A model generated the notes under the pieces. The model was given only the letters and a program-made list of their open reading frames with translations. It was not told where the DNA came from and did not search any database. A DNA stretch of 64,000 nucleotides. Origin: Nanobdellota archaeon. Lineage in GTDB: Archaea > Nanobdellota > Nanobdellia > Pacearchaeales > GW2011-AR1. The stretch is taken from contig JBBSYL010000010.1 of the NCBI GenBank assembly GCA_038045265.1, forward strand, positions 582 through 64,581, in the 5' to 3' direction. Shown here one piece after another: positions 8,528 through 18,738 of the stretch. The translations under genes were made by a program, and so were the position numbers. Every line of letters starts with the position of its first letter. Positions within the stretch are counted from its first letter, which is position 1.

Positions 8528-9205
8528 TTAAGATTTCTCTGCGAGATCTTGGCTCTGAACTGCTCCATGAGTTATCTTGTTAAGCTTGTCATAAAAATCT
8601 ATCTGCATTCCTGCAGGAATATTTAGAATACACTCCAATGCGCCATTTGCCAACCAGTCTTCTGACTCTTTATAATCTTTCAAAAGAGAATAAGTCTGAG
8701 CAGTATATTGGGCAGGGATTGTAATTTTTATTCTTTTCAAATCTATTTTTATTGGAATTACTTTTTGTAAACTCTGAACTATTCCAGAAATCTGCTGTTC
8801 AGCAGGTTTATTGTCTATGTTAATGTGGGCTTCTTTTAATGCTCTCTGAATTCTTTCTTCTGTGTAAGGTCTGCCGTGTTGGTCTGAGCAGTTTTTTATT
8901 AATATGGTTATTACTTGTTTTATTTTTGCTTCTCTTTCTGAATCTCTGAATTCTTGGGTTTTCTGAACTTCCCCTTTAGTAATTATGCGTTTTGCTATTT
9001 CATAAAAATCTGTTGTATTAAATGAATTTTCCAATTCTGCGTTTGATGCAACCATGCCTTTATTTACATCTGTAAAAACTTTTGGAACATCTACTGCGGA
9101 CATAATATCTCCCTTCCCTTCTCTAACTTTTAATGCTGCATCTAAATCTACATGGATTTCAAAATGCTTTCCATTTACCTTTATTCTTGCAACAACTTTT
9201 GCCAT
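8528..9205 (-). CDS. Ribosome maturation factor SBDS/Sdo1
   Basis: ARIKVNGKHFEIHVD, VFTDVNKG, IPAGMQIDFYDKLNKITHG; exosome operon context. Confidence 0.93.
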   Translation of the reverse strand: MAKVVARIKVNGKHFEIHVDLDAALKVREGKGDIMSAVDVPKVFTDVNKGMVASNAELENSFNTTDFYEIAKRIITKGEVQKTQEFRDSEREAKIKQVITILIKNCSDQHGRPYTEERIQRALKEAHINIDNKPAEQQISGIVQSLQKVIPIKIDLKRIKITIPAQYTAQTYSLLKDYKESEDWLANGALECILNIPAGMQIDFYDKLNKITHGAVQSQDLAEKS

Positions 9206-9229
9206 ACCATAAAAATAAGATAGACTTAT

Positions 9230-10264
9230 TTAAAGATTTGTATGGCCAATCTTTATCTCTTTCTCTATAGCGGAAAATACTTCTTTATTCGAGAAAGTGA
9301 ATTTTTTCAGATTTTTTTCATATAATGGAATTTTTGAAACGAATTTTCTAATAATCGATTTATCAATTTTACTTGAAGAGAGACCGAAATTAGCTTTTCC
9401 AACATAAAATGCGTTGACTTCCTGTTCTGTCTGCCCAGATAGGGGAATGCATAATACTGGCTTTTTTAAGTAAATTGATTCACTTAACGTGCTCATTCCT
9501 GCGTTAGAAACAACTGCTCTACTAGAAGCTAAATCTGCTGCAAAGTCTTCAGCGCTAAAATTCTTTATTTTTAGATACTTACTTGACTTCCTAGATAATT
9601 TTCCGTAAACTATGCACTTTTGCTTTGATTTTTCTAAAACTTCAAGAATAGAATCTCCGCCTAAACTTAGGTAAACTAGAAAATGATTGCCTGCCTTTTC
9701 CTTCTGTTTCTCAACTAATTTTCTTACTACGGGCGGAACGATAATAGCATTTTTACTTAAAATTTTTGGGTGAAAGAAACTTGTAATTATTTTCTTTCTT
9801 GGAAACGGACACATCAAATGCACTATCAGTTTGTATAGCGAAACTTCGGATAAATTTTTTATTTTTCCGGCAGATGTGTCTGTTACTATGTGCTGATTAT
9901 CAAAACTTATAACAGGAATTCTGAGAATAAGTCCAGAATATGCTGTCAAAGGTTCAAAATCTGTGATAATAACTTTTGGTCTGTTTAATATGCATGAAAT
10001 AATTACTTTTAAGAAAGACAATAAAATAAGTGGTGAAATAAGAAGATTATAAAGAAAGGTTTGAATGTATTTTATTTTCCCATCTCTTGTGATAAAAGAC
10101 AAATAATTTATGCTTTTTACTTCTCCAAATTTTTTAAGATAATCTTTTGCTTTCCCGCCTGTAAAAACAGATACATCGTGGTTCTTTTTTAGTTCTCTAA
10201 TCACCTCTGCACTTCTCATCGCATGGCCTAAACCTTCTCCATTTATGCCGTAAAATATTTTCAT
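9230..10264 (-). CDS. GT-B glycosyltransferase, MJ1255/VC2487 family
   Basis: MKIFYGINGEGLGHAMRS, ITDFEP, FDNQH, NAGMSTLSE, GQTEQEVNA. Confidence 0.88.
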   Translation of the reverse strand: MKIFYGINGEGLGHAMRSAEVIRELKKNHDVSVFTGGKAKDYLKKFGEVKSINYLSFITRDGKIKYIQTFLYNLLISPLILLSFLKVIISCILNRPKVIITDFEPLTAYSGLILRIPVISFDNQHIVTDTSAGKIKNLSEVSLYKLIVHLMCPFPRKKIITSFFHPKILSKNAIIVPPVVRKLVEKQKEKAGNHFLVYLSLGGDSILEVLEKSKQKCIVYGKLSRKSSKYLKIKNFSAEDFAADLASSRAVVSNAGMSTLSESIYLKKPVLCIPLSGQTEQEVNAFYVGKANFGLSSSKIDKSIIRKFVSKIPLYEKNLKKFTFSNKEVFSAIEKEIKIGHTNL

Positions 10265-10285
10265 CCCCTGATGAAGAAAGAACAT

Positions 10286-10299
10286 AATTTAAATATATT
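10286..10299. promoter_or_regulatory. Probable shared bidirectional TATA box
   Basis: TTTAAATA at 10288-10295 lies about 23 nt from both divergent ATGs (10264 and 10318). Confidence 0.5.
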
Positions 10300-10317
10300 G
10301 TAAAACTAGCATGATAA

Positions 10318-12174
10318 ATGAAATTTAATCATCTAAATATTGCAATCTTAATCGGGCTGGCTCTTTCGCTGTGTACTGTTTTTGCTGTTACTTTAAGTGA
10401 TGCTTGGACAATAAGAAACATATATAACGTTTTTTACTTCGCATTTCTAAACCTCACCTTGCTTTCATTCAATGCATTTTTGTTTGGAAAGAAAAGAAGC
10501 TTCATACCAGAATCTGTGAGAAAGCCATTAAGGATTACTTTTATTCTTGCTTATTCTGCTATCTACCTCATAGCAACATTTACTTATGCCACAACAGGAC
10601 AAGTTCCTAGAATACAAACTTTGATTTTCTTATATGGCATAGGCCCAATTGTTGCATCTATTGCTGTACTGGTCTTTCTAGCTCTGTGTTTTGGGTTGCT
10701 TGTATTATTTATACATAAAAAGACCTCTCTAAAAGATATCAGGGGACATACTAGCAGAAAAATTAAACTTTTGCTTATAGCAAACATTATCTTACTCTTT
10801 CTGACCATTGTAGTAAACACGCAGTTTCTACAGATAAATATCCCCTTAGGAATATGGGAAAGAGAACTTGTTGCATATGATGAAGATAGACCTGTTTTGG
10901 AAGATTTATTTAATGCTAGTTTAAAAAATGAAAAATATAACGTCGTATTTATTCTACTTGAATCTGTATCTGCTGAAAGACTTGGAGTTTATGGATATGA
11001 TAGAAATGTTACGCCTTATATGGATTCTTTAGCACAAAAAGGATTGATTTTTGAAGAAGCATACTCTACTTCAACCCATTCAGATTATGCTCAACCTGGC
11101 CTTTTATCTTCTAGATATATATTTTCCAGCAATACAAGAACAGATTACTCTCTTGGCGGATCAGTAACAAATTATAAAGGAGATGCCCCAAGAAAATTTG
11201 TTTGGGATGTCTTCAAAGAAAATGGATATAAAACTGGATACTTCTCTTCTCAGGACGATAGATGGCAGGGGATGGATGATTATCTTAATTATAAAACCCT
11301 CGACTCTGCTTCTTATTCTCTTAGCGATGGAGAAACAGATTATGGAACGGGTTTTGGAAAAAAAGATTATGATCACAAAACTGCAGATAAGGCCATAAGC
11401 TGGATGAATAATGTTTCAAAAGAGAAATTCTTTGTTTATCTTAACTTTCAGGCAACCCATTATCCAAATGTTTATCCTGAAAATATTTCATTCTTCAAAC
11501 CTGACAGCAATCCTCCTTCCGTAGTAGTTAAGGCAGACGAAGAAGGCATAAATAGATTTGACAGCTCGTTGAAATATGTTGATGAGCAAGTTGGAAGAAT
11601 ATTAAAACACCTTGAGGAAAATGGATTACAAAATAAAACTGTGGTCGTTATCACTTCGGATCATGGACACGATCTTCTAAACAGACATAATGTACAAGGG
11701 CATGGAAACAGCATATATAATGAAGAATTATTAGTTCCAGCAATAGCATTTGTTCCAGGATACAAACATACAGTTATTAAAGAAAGAGTTAGCCAGATAG
11801 ACTTTGTTCCAACCCTTATAGATTTATTTGGATATCCTATGCCTTATGAATTCCAGGGAGAGATAATGAAAAAAGGAAGACCAATTTATTTTGTTGCCCA
11901 ATCTCATAAGTATTATATTGGTCTTGTAGATAAAGAGATAAAGATAATTCTTAACATGAACACTAAACAACTTGAAGCGTATAATTTAACAGATGATAGC
12001 AGAGAGATAAAAAATATAAGATCTGTTGCAAATAATGATAAAATATTAAAGCTTCTTTTATGGAGGCATTGTCAAATAGAATATTATAAAAAAGAAAAAT
12101 GGAAGGAAAATAAGCAAGATAGATGCAATATAAACAATAATTTTAAGATCAATCCAGAGTTCAGTAAAGCTTAA
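10318..12174 (+). CDS. Membrane-anchored sulfatase/alkaline-phosphatase superfamily protein (LtaS-like architecture)
   Basis: About 5 N-terminal TMs; NVVFILLES, NVTPYMDSLA, ATHYP, TSDHG, SQIDFVPTL. Confidence 0.85.
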   Translation: MKFNHLNIAILIGLALSLCTVFAVTLSDAWTIRNIYNVFYFAFLNLTLLSFNAFLFGKKRSFIPESVRKPLRITFILAYSAIYLIATFTYATTGQVPRIQTLIFLYGIGPIVASIAVLVFLALCFGLLVLFIHKKTSLKDIRGHTSRKIKLLLIANIILLFLTIVVNTQFLQINIPLGIWERELVAYDEDRPVLEDLFNASLKNEKYNVVFILLESVSAERLGVYGYDRNVTPYMDSLAQKGLIFEEAYSTSTHSDYAQPGLLSSRYIFSSNTRTDYSLGGSVTNYKGDAPRKFVWDVFKENGYKTGYFSSQDDRWQGMDDYLNYKTLDSASYSLSDGETDYGTGFGKKDYDHKTADKAISWMNNVSKEKFFVYLNFQATHYPNVYPENISFFKPDSNPPSVVVKADEEGINRFDSSLKYVDEQVGRILKHLEENGLQNKTVVVITSDHGHDLLNRHNVQGHGNSIYNEELLVPAIAFVPGYKHTVIKERVSQIDFVPTLIDLFGYPMPYEFQGEIMKKGRPIYFVAQSHKYYIGLVDKEIKIILNMNTKQLEAYNLTDDSREIKNIRSVANNDKILKLLLWRHCQIEYYKKEKWKENKQDRCNINNNFKINPEFSKA

Positions 12175-12227
12175 ATACGGCAAACACAAGAAAATTCCAA
12201 CAACACGAAGAGGTTTCTAAAAAGAAA

Positions 12228-12953
12228 ATGGATATGCCAACAGAAATGCAACATCAGGCCATGGGCTATGACAGAGCCGCGACAATGTTTTCTCCTGATG
12301 GACATTTATTACAAGTAGAATATGCTGAGAAAGCTGTAAAATCTGGCAGTTCAAGTATCGGCTTGGCGTGCAAAGATGGAGTAGTTATAGTAGCTGATAG
12401 AAGAATAAGAGACAATCTTGTTGCTCCTGAATCAATGAATAAGGTTTATGAAGTTGATGAACATATTGTTGCAAGCAGTGCTGGAATATTAAGTGATGCA
12501 AGAATATTGATAGAGCAGGCACAAATATTGGCGCAACAGAATAGAATAACTTTTGATTCTCCTATAGAACCAATTTCAATAATAAAGATGATTGCCGATA
12601 AGAAACAGATGTTTACGCAATATGGAGGAGTTAGGCCGTATGGTGTTGCAATAATAGTGGCAGGAGTACATAGAGGTAAATCTCATTTGTATGCTTCAGA
12701 TATGGTTGGTAATTATCTTGCTTATAGAGCTAATGCAATTGGAGAAAATGATGAAAAGGTAAAGGAAGCACTAAGAAAAGAGTTTAATGAAAATATGACA
12801 ATTGAGGATAGTATAAAACTATCGTTGAGAATATTCAAACAAGTGCTTGACAAGAACTTTGATATAAGCAGATTTGATGTTGGGTATATTAAGATAGGAG
12901 ATGCTAAGCTTGTTAGAATGCATGGCGATGAATTGAAGAGATTTGTTAAATGA
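12228..12953 (+). CDS. psmA: Proteasome subunit alpha
   Basis: GYDRAATMFSPDGHLLQVEYA; TQYGGVRPYGVA. Confidence 0.96.
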   Translation: MDMPTEMQHQAMGYDRAATMFSPDGHLLQVEYAEKAVKSGSSSIGLACKDGVVIVADRRIRDNLVAPESMNKVYEVDEHIVASSAGILSDARILIEQAQILAQQNRITFDSPIEPISIIKMIADKKQMFTQYGGVRPYGVAIIVAGVHRGKSHLYASDMVGNYLAYRANAIGENDEKVKEALRKEFNENMTIEDSIKLSLRIFKQVLDKNFDISRFDVGYIKIGDAKLVRMHGDELKRFVK

Positions 12954-12998
12954 AAATTTATTAGTTAATAATATAAATAGTTGCTTCTTTATTCTTTC

Positions 12999-13769
12999 AT
13001 GTATCATAAACTTACTGCTGAAGATATAAAAAAAGAGTTGGGTTTGCCTAAAAATTATAAAGTAGATGCATTTGCAATATATGGCGGGGGGGATGCTAAG
13101 AGATATAAAAGAAAGTTCTTGAGCGCTTTGGGAGATTTAAATTACAAAATAGAAAAATTACCAAATTCATTTATTAGAGAAATTTTAAGCATAAGGGTTA
13201 AAAATAAAAGAATATGGTTCGCGGTGGAATATGGTGGCGCTAGGCTCTCTGAGTATATTCACTTTGCTTCTATTTTTGGATCAAAGAAAAATATCTTAGT
13301 TGGAAAATGCGGTGGACTTCAGAAAAGCCAAACAGTTTTTGGGGTAATAGTTCCGGATTCCTCTTATTCTACTGAAAGTAGTTGTCATATGTATTTAAGA
13401 CAAAAACAAGATAATCTTTTTGAATCAGATAAAACGCTATCTGAAAGAATATTCCATAGAATGAAAAAAGAAGGGATAAAAGTCTACAGAGGGAAAACTA
13501 TTACCTGTCAAGCAATGATGGCTGAAACTTGGGAAGATGTTTTGTCTTGGAGTAGGCAAGGATTTCTAGGTGTTGAAATGGAGGCTGCCACTTTGTTTGC
13601 AGTATCGAACCATTTTAAAGTACCCGCCACCGCGATTCTCCAAATAGCAGACAATTTAATAGAAAAAGAAATAGTAAGCAGTAAAAGTTATTTGAAGAAA
13701 AAAGCCAAATTAAATCATCTTAGAAAATTTTTCCTGAAAGTTGTTTTAGATGAAATATTTAATATTTAA
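12999..13769 (+). CDS. Nucleoside phosphorylase (PNP/UDP family)
   Basis: VGKCGGL and GVEMEAATLFAV motifs. Confidence 0.82.
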   Translation: MYHKLTAEDIKKELGLPKNYKVDAFAIYGGGDAKRYKRKFLSALGDLNYKIEKLPNSFIREILSIRVKNKRIWFAVEYGGARLSEYIHFASIFGSKKNILVGKCGGLQKSQTVFGVIVPDSSYSTESSCHMYLRQKQDNLFESDKTLSERIFHRMKKEGIKVYRGKTITCQAMMAETWEDVLSWSRQGFLGVEMEAATLFAVSNHFKVPATAILQIADNLIEKEIVSSKSYLKKKAKLNHLRKFFLKVVLDEIFNI

Positions 13770-14191
13770 GGCAGTTTAAACAATTTCCTGAAGATTATGC
13801 TTCCAACTATTGAAAATCCAATATACCACCACATCCAGACAGGGAAGAAAAATTTAACTGTCTCTAAAGGTGTATCTGTAAACGCTTTCTTCATAAATCC
13901 GAATAATAAAATTATTGGAAGGAAAGTTATTAGCATGGGTTTTAGAGAATGTTTCATCATCTCGCTAGCTAAGGGGAGCATTTCTTTATTCAATTCTAGA
14001 GCTTTTTCGTGTCTTCCTGCCTGTTGATGTTCTTTTATCTGCAGTTGAATCGCCTTTTGCTTTTCTTTTATGGCTCTCATTTTATCTTTATCAAGAACAA
14101 AATAGTTTATGAGAGAAATGAAAAATGAAATAAGTAAGGCAAATCCTATTATGCTCAAATAGGGATAACTCTGAATTAATTCATATACCAT
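13766..14191 (-). CDS. EMC3/TMCO1 (DUF106, Oxa1 superfamily) membrane protein
   Basis: TM-coiled coil-KPMLITFLPII-WMWWYI pattern; conserved position downstream of secY. Confidence 0.88.
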   Translation of the reverse strand: MVYELIQSYPYLSIIGFALLISFFISLINYFVLDKDKMRAIKEKQKAIQLQIKEHQQAGRHEKALELNKEMLPLASEMMKHSLKPMLITFLPIILLFGFMKKAFTDTPLETVKFFFPVWMWWYIGFSIVGSIIFRKLFKLP

Positions 14192-14240
14192 ATTGTGTGA
14201 AAGGAATAGATGTTTTTAAAGGCTATGAATTTAAATAAAA

Positions 14241-14723
14241 TTATTCATGATAGATTCTAATTAATTGAAAAGTCCCCGACTCACTCATATCTTTAAATGT
14301 ATCAACAGGTACTCTCCATTCCCCCTCATATTTTGTGCCTGCATCTGTTGATTTTCCAAAGTAATGGATTGGAGATCTATTAATTATAAAGGAATACATC
14401 TTTTCTGAATATACTTTGCAAAAGTTTATATGCTCGGGTCTTATAACTCCATTTCTTATCTCACCTATACAACCTATCTCGAAAATCAATCCTTCCAGGA
14501 TACCTTCTTTCAATTTTCTAAGAGACTCTGCATCCTGTGCAATCACGAATGGAGTTTGACTTTTTAATTCTGGTTCTGCCTTTCTGCCTTGAAAATATAA
14601 ACCTTCAAATGATACTGTTAACCCTCTGGCTTTTGCATTCCTTCTAGCTAATTCTAAAAAATAATTTTGTGCACTTTCAGAATTAATTTCTGCTACAAGC
14701 CTACGATGGGCCTCATCAATCAT
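14241..14723 (-). CDS. Orphan hypothetical protein
   Basis: 160-aa ORF with own TATA-like element; beta-rich C-terminal half. Confidence 0.7.
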   Translation of the reverse strand: MIDEAHRRLVAEINSESAQNYFLELARRNAKARGLTVSFEGLYFQGRKAEPELKSQTPFVIAQDAESLRKLKEGILEGLIFEIGCIGEIRNGVIRPEHINFCKVYSEKMYSFIINRSPIHYFGKSTDAGTKYEGEWRVPVDTFKDMSESGTFQLIRIYHE

Positions 14724-14775
14724 GAAAGTTAGTGTTAATTATTTACTTTTAAGTATTATTGTGATTAAAGAAGAT

Positions 14776-16176
14776 TTATCCCATGAATCTTCTTAATGCG
14801 GGATGCATGTCTACTGCGTGCTGATGAGCTATATTTTGATACATCTGGTAGGCAATCATTACTGCGAGAAGAATAGCTGTTCCAGAGGTTATGGCGCCTA
14901 GAATATCTGTTAATGCCGCTAGAACTCCAATAGCAAGACCGCCCATTATTGTTAGTGGCATAACATATCTAGATAGAACTGATTCAAGAACTCTTTCATC
15001 TTTTCTGAATCCTGGAATTTGAAGACCTGAATTGATTATCTTTTTTGCTTGGCCTGCTGCATCTGTGCCAGAAGTTTTAACCCAAAATACAGCAAATAAA
15101 GCTGAGAAAATCATATAGAAGAGTAATTGAGAAATAACTTGGACTACTTGAATACCTTGTATGCTTCCACGAATTACTGCCTGAAGAAGGTTAACACTTG
15201 TTCCACTACCCCCTATCCAGAATGCAAGACCAGAAGTTGGAACTCCTTGTGAAAATGCGCCCATAAATGTTGGATGACCAAGCCAATTCTGAAGAAGGCT
15301 TCCGAATAAAGAAACATTTGCTGCAAGAGCTGCAACCAATATAACTGGGATAGTTGAAGCATATATAAATTGCAAAGGCCATTTGACATTATATCCTCGT
15401 AATCTATCATAACTTAAAGGAATTTCAACTTTCAAACTTTGTGCCCAAACTACTAAGAGAAATATTCCTATTGTGACAAGAATTGTGAGCAATGCAAATA
15501 TTAACTCTGTTGGGGCTCCATTTATCAGTGATTGAATTATCACAAAAAATCTACCCGTACATGGATTTCCGTCAGCAAGACAGATAGAGACTGAGCCATT
15601 TTGAATATCCATAAATTGGAAGAATCCTGTGAAGACGCTTCTTGCAACTCCTGCAAGGATAAATAGGGAAACTCCTGAACCAAATCCCCATTTCTGAGTT
15701 ATTTCGTCCATATACATTATTGCTATGCCTCCAAGGATGAGCTGGAAAATAACTACTCCTGCATAGCCGGAAACTGCCTGTATTCCACCCATTAATACGA
15801 AAACTACTGATTCAAATAAAATAAAAAATAGAACTCCTATTTTTTGAATTCCTTGAAAAAGCTTTTTTCCTTCTTCAGTATGAGTATTTAGATTGAGGAT
15901 TCCTGAACCAACAAGCAATTGAAGAATGATAGATGAAGTGACGATAGGACCAATACCCAAACTGATGATGCTTCCAAAATCTGTAGCAAGAATGAGCTGG
16001 AGAAATTCGAATCTTTCAAGAAATCCGGCAGTTACTCCATAAAGTCTGACATTGGCAAGGATGAAAAAAGTAGTTAGAACGATTAGTGTCCACTTCAACT
16101 TCTCATTGAAACTGACTTTCTTTTCTACTGGGTGCTTTACCTCTGGAATATTATACAAGATGTCCTGTAATGCCAT
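14776..16176 (-). CDS. secY: Preprotein translocase SecY
   Basis: LGIGPIVTSSIILQLL, KWGFGSGVSLFI, LQIPGFRKD, SGTAILLAV. Confidence 0.97.
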   Translation of the reverse strand: MALQDILYNIPEVKHPVEKKVSFNEKLKWTLIVLTTFFILANVRLYGVTAGFLERFEFLQLILATDFGSIISLGIGPIVTSSIILQLLVGSGILNLNTHTEEGKKLFQGIQKIGVLFFILFESVVFVLMGGIQAVSGYAGVVIFQLILGGIAIMYMDEITQKWGFGSGVSLFILAGVARSVFTGFFQFMDIQNGSVSICLADGNPCTGRFFVIIQSLINGAPTELIFALLTILVTIGIFLLVVWAQSLKVEIPLSYDRLRGYNVKWPLQFIYASTIPVILVAALAANVSLFGSLLQNWLGHPTFMGAFSQGVPTSGLAFWIGGSGTSVNLLQAVIRGSIQGIQVVQVISQLLFYMIFSALFAVFWVKTSGTDAAGQAKKIINSGLQIPGFRKDERVLESVLSRYVMPLTIMGGLAIGVLAALTDILGAITSGTAILLAVMIAYQMYQNIAHQHAVDMHPALRRFMG

Positions 16177-16206
16177 TTTGATGAGTAAGAAAAGAAGTTT
16201 TTAAAG

Positions 16207-16635
16207 TTAAGCTTGTGATTCTGGACTCTCAATTATAATCTCGCTTCCTGAAGATTTTATCTTATCCAGTGCAGAAGAAGAGACTGCAGATGCATTTATT
16301 TTTATCTTTGACTTAAGTTCTCCAGTTCCTAATATTTTATAACCTTTCAAATTTACTTCTTTAAGTCCTTTTGAAGAATAATTGTCCTCTATATCTCTAA
16401 GATTTATTGATTTAAGTTTTTTAGGAACGGTTCCACGCCTTAATGTTCTGCTTTTTCCGAAATATTTCTTATCCATATTCAAGATAAGTGTCTTTCTCTG
16501 ATCCGCTCTCTTTCCTGTGCCTGCCATCCCTTTTCCTCCACGATTACCTGAACCTCTAGTTCTTTCCTTTGCGCCTCTAAAAGCTGTTTGATGTGCGTGT
16601 CTTCTTCCCGACTTTCTTCTCTTTTTTACTTTCAT
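16207..16635 (-). CDS. rpl15: 50S ribosomal protein uL15
   Basis: RGSGNRGGKGMAG, KILGTG. Confidence 0.93.
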   Translation of the reverse strand: MKVKKRRKSGRRHAHQTAFRGAKERTRGSGNRGGKGMAGTGKRADQRKTLILNMDKKYFGKSRTLRRGTVPKKLKSINLRDIEDNYSSKGLKEVNLKGYKILGTGELKSKIKINASAVSSSALDKIKSSGSEIIIESPESQA

Positions 16636-17048
16636 AGCATTCTCTCCAATAATTTAAAGATCTTGTCTTTGTGATCACCTAAAACTCCTCTTTTTGTTCC
16701 GAAGTGAAGTTTAGAATCTATTCCAGACCTCGGAGGATGCAATCTGAAAAATGGCTTTATGGATAATTCATCTACCTTTCCTGTTTTCAACTCCTGAATA
16801 ACTTTTTTCGCATCTACTTTCTTTTTATCTTTAGCAATTCCTCTTGCCGAAATTAGCTTTTCAATCTGCTCTTCCGTTAACTTTCCAAAAGCGACAAAAT
16901 TTCTTAAATGGTTTAAAATGTCTAAATTTTCCTTTGTCTCCTTAAGAAGGACAGCAGAATATTTTCTTCTGAGTCTTATTCTCGACAGAGATTCCTCTAC
17001 CCTGCCCCATATATCCACATTGCCTGCAATTCTTATTACTATTATCAT
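16632..17048 (-). CDS. rpl30: 50S ribosomal protein uL30
   Basis: IIVIRIAG, FFRLHPPRSG, LLERML. Confidence 0.93.
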   Translation of the reverse strand: MIIVIRIAGNVDIWGRVEESLSRIRLRRKYSAVLLKETKENLDILNHLRNFVAFGKLTEEQIEKLISARGIAKDKKKVDAKKVIQELKTGKVDELSIKPFFRLHPPRSGIDSKLHFGTKRGVLGDHKDKIFKLLERML

Positions 17049-17848
17049 ATTTCCATTAAGTTTGTTTTATTTAGTGCGTCCATACATGCTCTTGCCAAGT
17101 TAAATGTTGTCCTGACATTACCTGAAGATTTACTGTAAACATCTTTTACTCCTGCGAGTCTTAAAATCTTTTTACACTGATCTCCTGCAACTAATCCTGT
17201 TCCCCTCGGTGCAGGTATGAACTTTATTTTCACAGAGCCGCACTTCCCTTCGACGACAAATGGAACAGTATGCGGTTCGTGTTTTCCTTCTTCCTGAGAT
17301 TCATAACCTAGAGTTATCTTTTGAAGATCTAATTTGGCTTTTCTTACTGCTTTTGCCCTAGCTGGAAGAGTTTCTTTTGCTTTTCCAAAACCAAGCCCAA
17401 CGCGGCCTTTCTTATCTCCCACTACAGCCATACATGAAAAGGTAACAACATTTCCTTCTTTTGTTTTCTTTTGAGTCTGTCTCCAGGCTCTTCTCTTTCC
17501 TCCGCCGAATTTTCCTTTCGCTTGACCTATTAAGAGAAGATCAAATTCGAGATTTATTAGTGTGTCTATAACTTCCGGCTCGAGGATTTTTCTCTTTGCT
17601 GAAAGCAATTTATCTAAATCTTTCTCTTTTCCATGTTTGACAAGTTTTCCTAGAGCAGTTTTAGGAACCCATTCCTCAAGAGATCTCCTCCTATCTTCTT
17701 TTTCCTTCTGCTCAATCCTTTCCTGTCTGGACAATCTAACTTCTTTCACTTCCTCAGAATCCTGATCTTGAATTTCCAGCTTCGCAACTTCTTCAGGTAC
17801 GGGTTCAATAAGGTCTTTTGGTTGGTTTCTTGTTTCTTTTTCAGCCAT
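17045..17848 (-). CDS. rps5: 30S ribosomal protein uS5
   Basis: WVPKTALGK, HTVPFVVEGKCGSV, PAPRGTGLV. Confidence 0.95.
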   Translation of the reverse strand: MAEKETRNQPKDLIEPVPEEVAKLEIQDQDSEEVKEVRLSRQERIEQKEKEDRRRSLEEWVPKTALGKLVKHGKEKDLDKLLSAKRKILEPEVIDTLINLEFDLLLIGQAKGKFGGGKRRAWRQTQKKTKEGNVVTFSCMAVVGDKKGRVGLGFGKAKETLPARAKAVRKAKLDLQKITLGYESQEEGKHEPHTVPFVVEGKCGSVKIKFIPAPRGTGLVAGDQCKKILRLAGVKDVYSKSSGNVRTTFNLARACMDALNKTNLMEI

Positions 17849-18326
17849 TTTGTATTTTCTGCTTTACTTTAGTAAAGACTTCTCCTCCTTTGCCCTTTTT
17901 AGATATTTCCTCCAATGATGGAAGTATTTCTTCTGAATGGGGGATAGAGATTCCTGCATCTAAAATTCCCTTAAGAAGTGCGTAGATTCTTGACTTTTCT
18001 ATATTTCTGTACAAACCAATATCTAGCACAGCAAATTTTACTTTTGATTTTGCAACATTACCCAGCATCAAACCTGTAAGGTAAGATGCTTGAATGCTCT
18101 TAAGGCTTCCAGATAAATCTACAGGCCATCCTTTCGAAAGAAGGGCTTTTGAAGTTAAACCATACAAAACTTTGTCCTGTGCTCCTTCACTTTCAATTAT
18201 CTGCGCAAGCATATACTGATTCGACTTTCTTATTACTAATCTGGGTTTTCCAGACTTAAGAAGATTTAATCTAAGACGATAATCTGTCTTTCCTTCTTTT
18301 CTTCTTCTTTTTAAAGTTCTAGACAT
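17841..18326 (-). CDS. rpl18: 50S ribosomal protein uL18
   Basis: RRRKEGKTDYRLRL, RLVIRKSN, AVLDIGL. Confidence 0.95.
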   Translation of the reverse strand: MSRTLKRRRKEGKTDYRLRLNLLKSGKPRLVIRKSNQYMLAQIIESEGAQDKVLYGLTSKALLSKGWPVDLSGSLKSIQASYLTGLMLGNVAKSKVKFAVLDIGLYRNIEKSRIYALLKGILDAGISIPHSEEILPSLEEISKKGKGGEVFTKVKQKIQNG

Positions 18327-18738
18327 TTTGACCTCCAGAGAGAGCTTGAATTCTTTCTTTAAGATGTGCTTTGCTTCTGAACATACTTGCTCTTATCTCT
18401 TTTCTTATCTGCCAGTAGAGTTCTGGCGCCATCTTTTTTCTAAATTTCAATTCCATAATATAACCTCTCAATTTTCTTGTCAACTTGATATAATTTGCTT
18501 TACTATTTTTTACCTTCTTCTTAATACTTCCTAGCCCTCTTCTTGTTTTTCTCCTCACTATTGTCTTTCTACCATTAACTTCTTTGATTAAAATTGCCTT
18601 GTCCGCAAGCAAATCTCTTATATCTTGTTTAGTTATGGCCTCTTTTATGTCTGAAAGCCTTTCTATATTGAATACTATTCTTGAAACTCCCACATGGAGT
18701 GTTTTTGCTGCAAGCATCTTTTTCTTATTAAGTTGCAT
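18319..18738 (-). CDS. rpl19e: 50S ribosomal protein eL19
   Basis: LAAKTLHVGVSRI, AITKQDIRDL, RRGLGS. Confidence 0.9.
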   Translation of the reverse strand: MQLNKKKMLAAKTLHVGVSRIVFNIERLSDIKEAITKQDIRDLLADKAILIKEVNGRKTIVRRKTRRGLGSIKKKVKNSKANYIKLTRKLRGYIMELKFRKKMAPELYWQIRKEIRASMFRSKAHLKERIQALSGGQNV

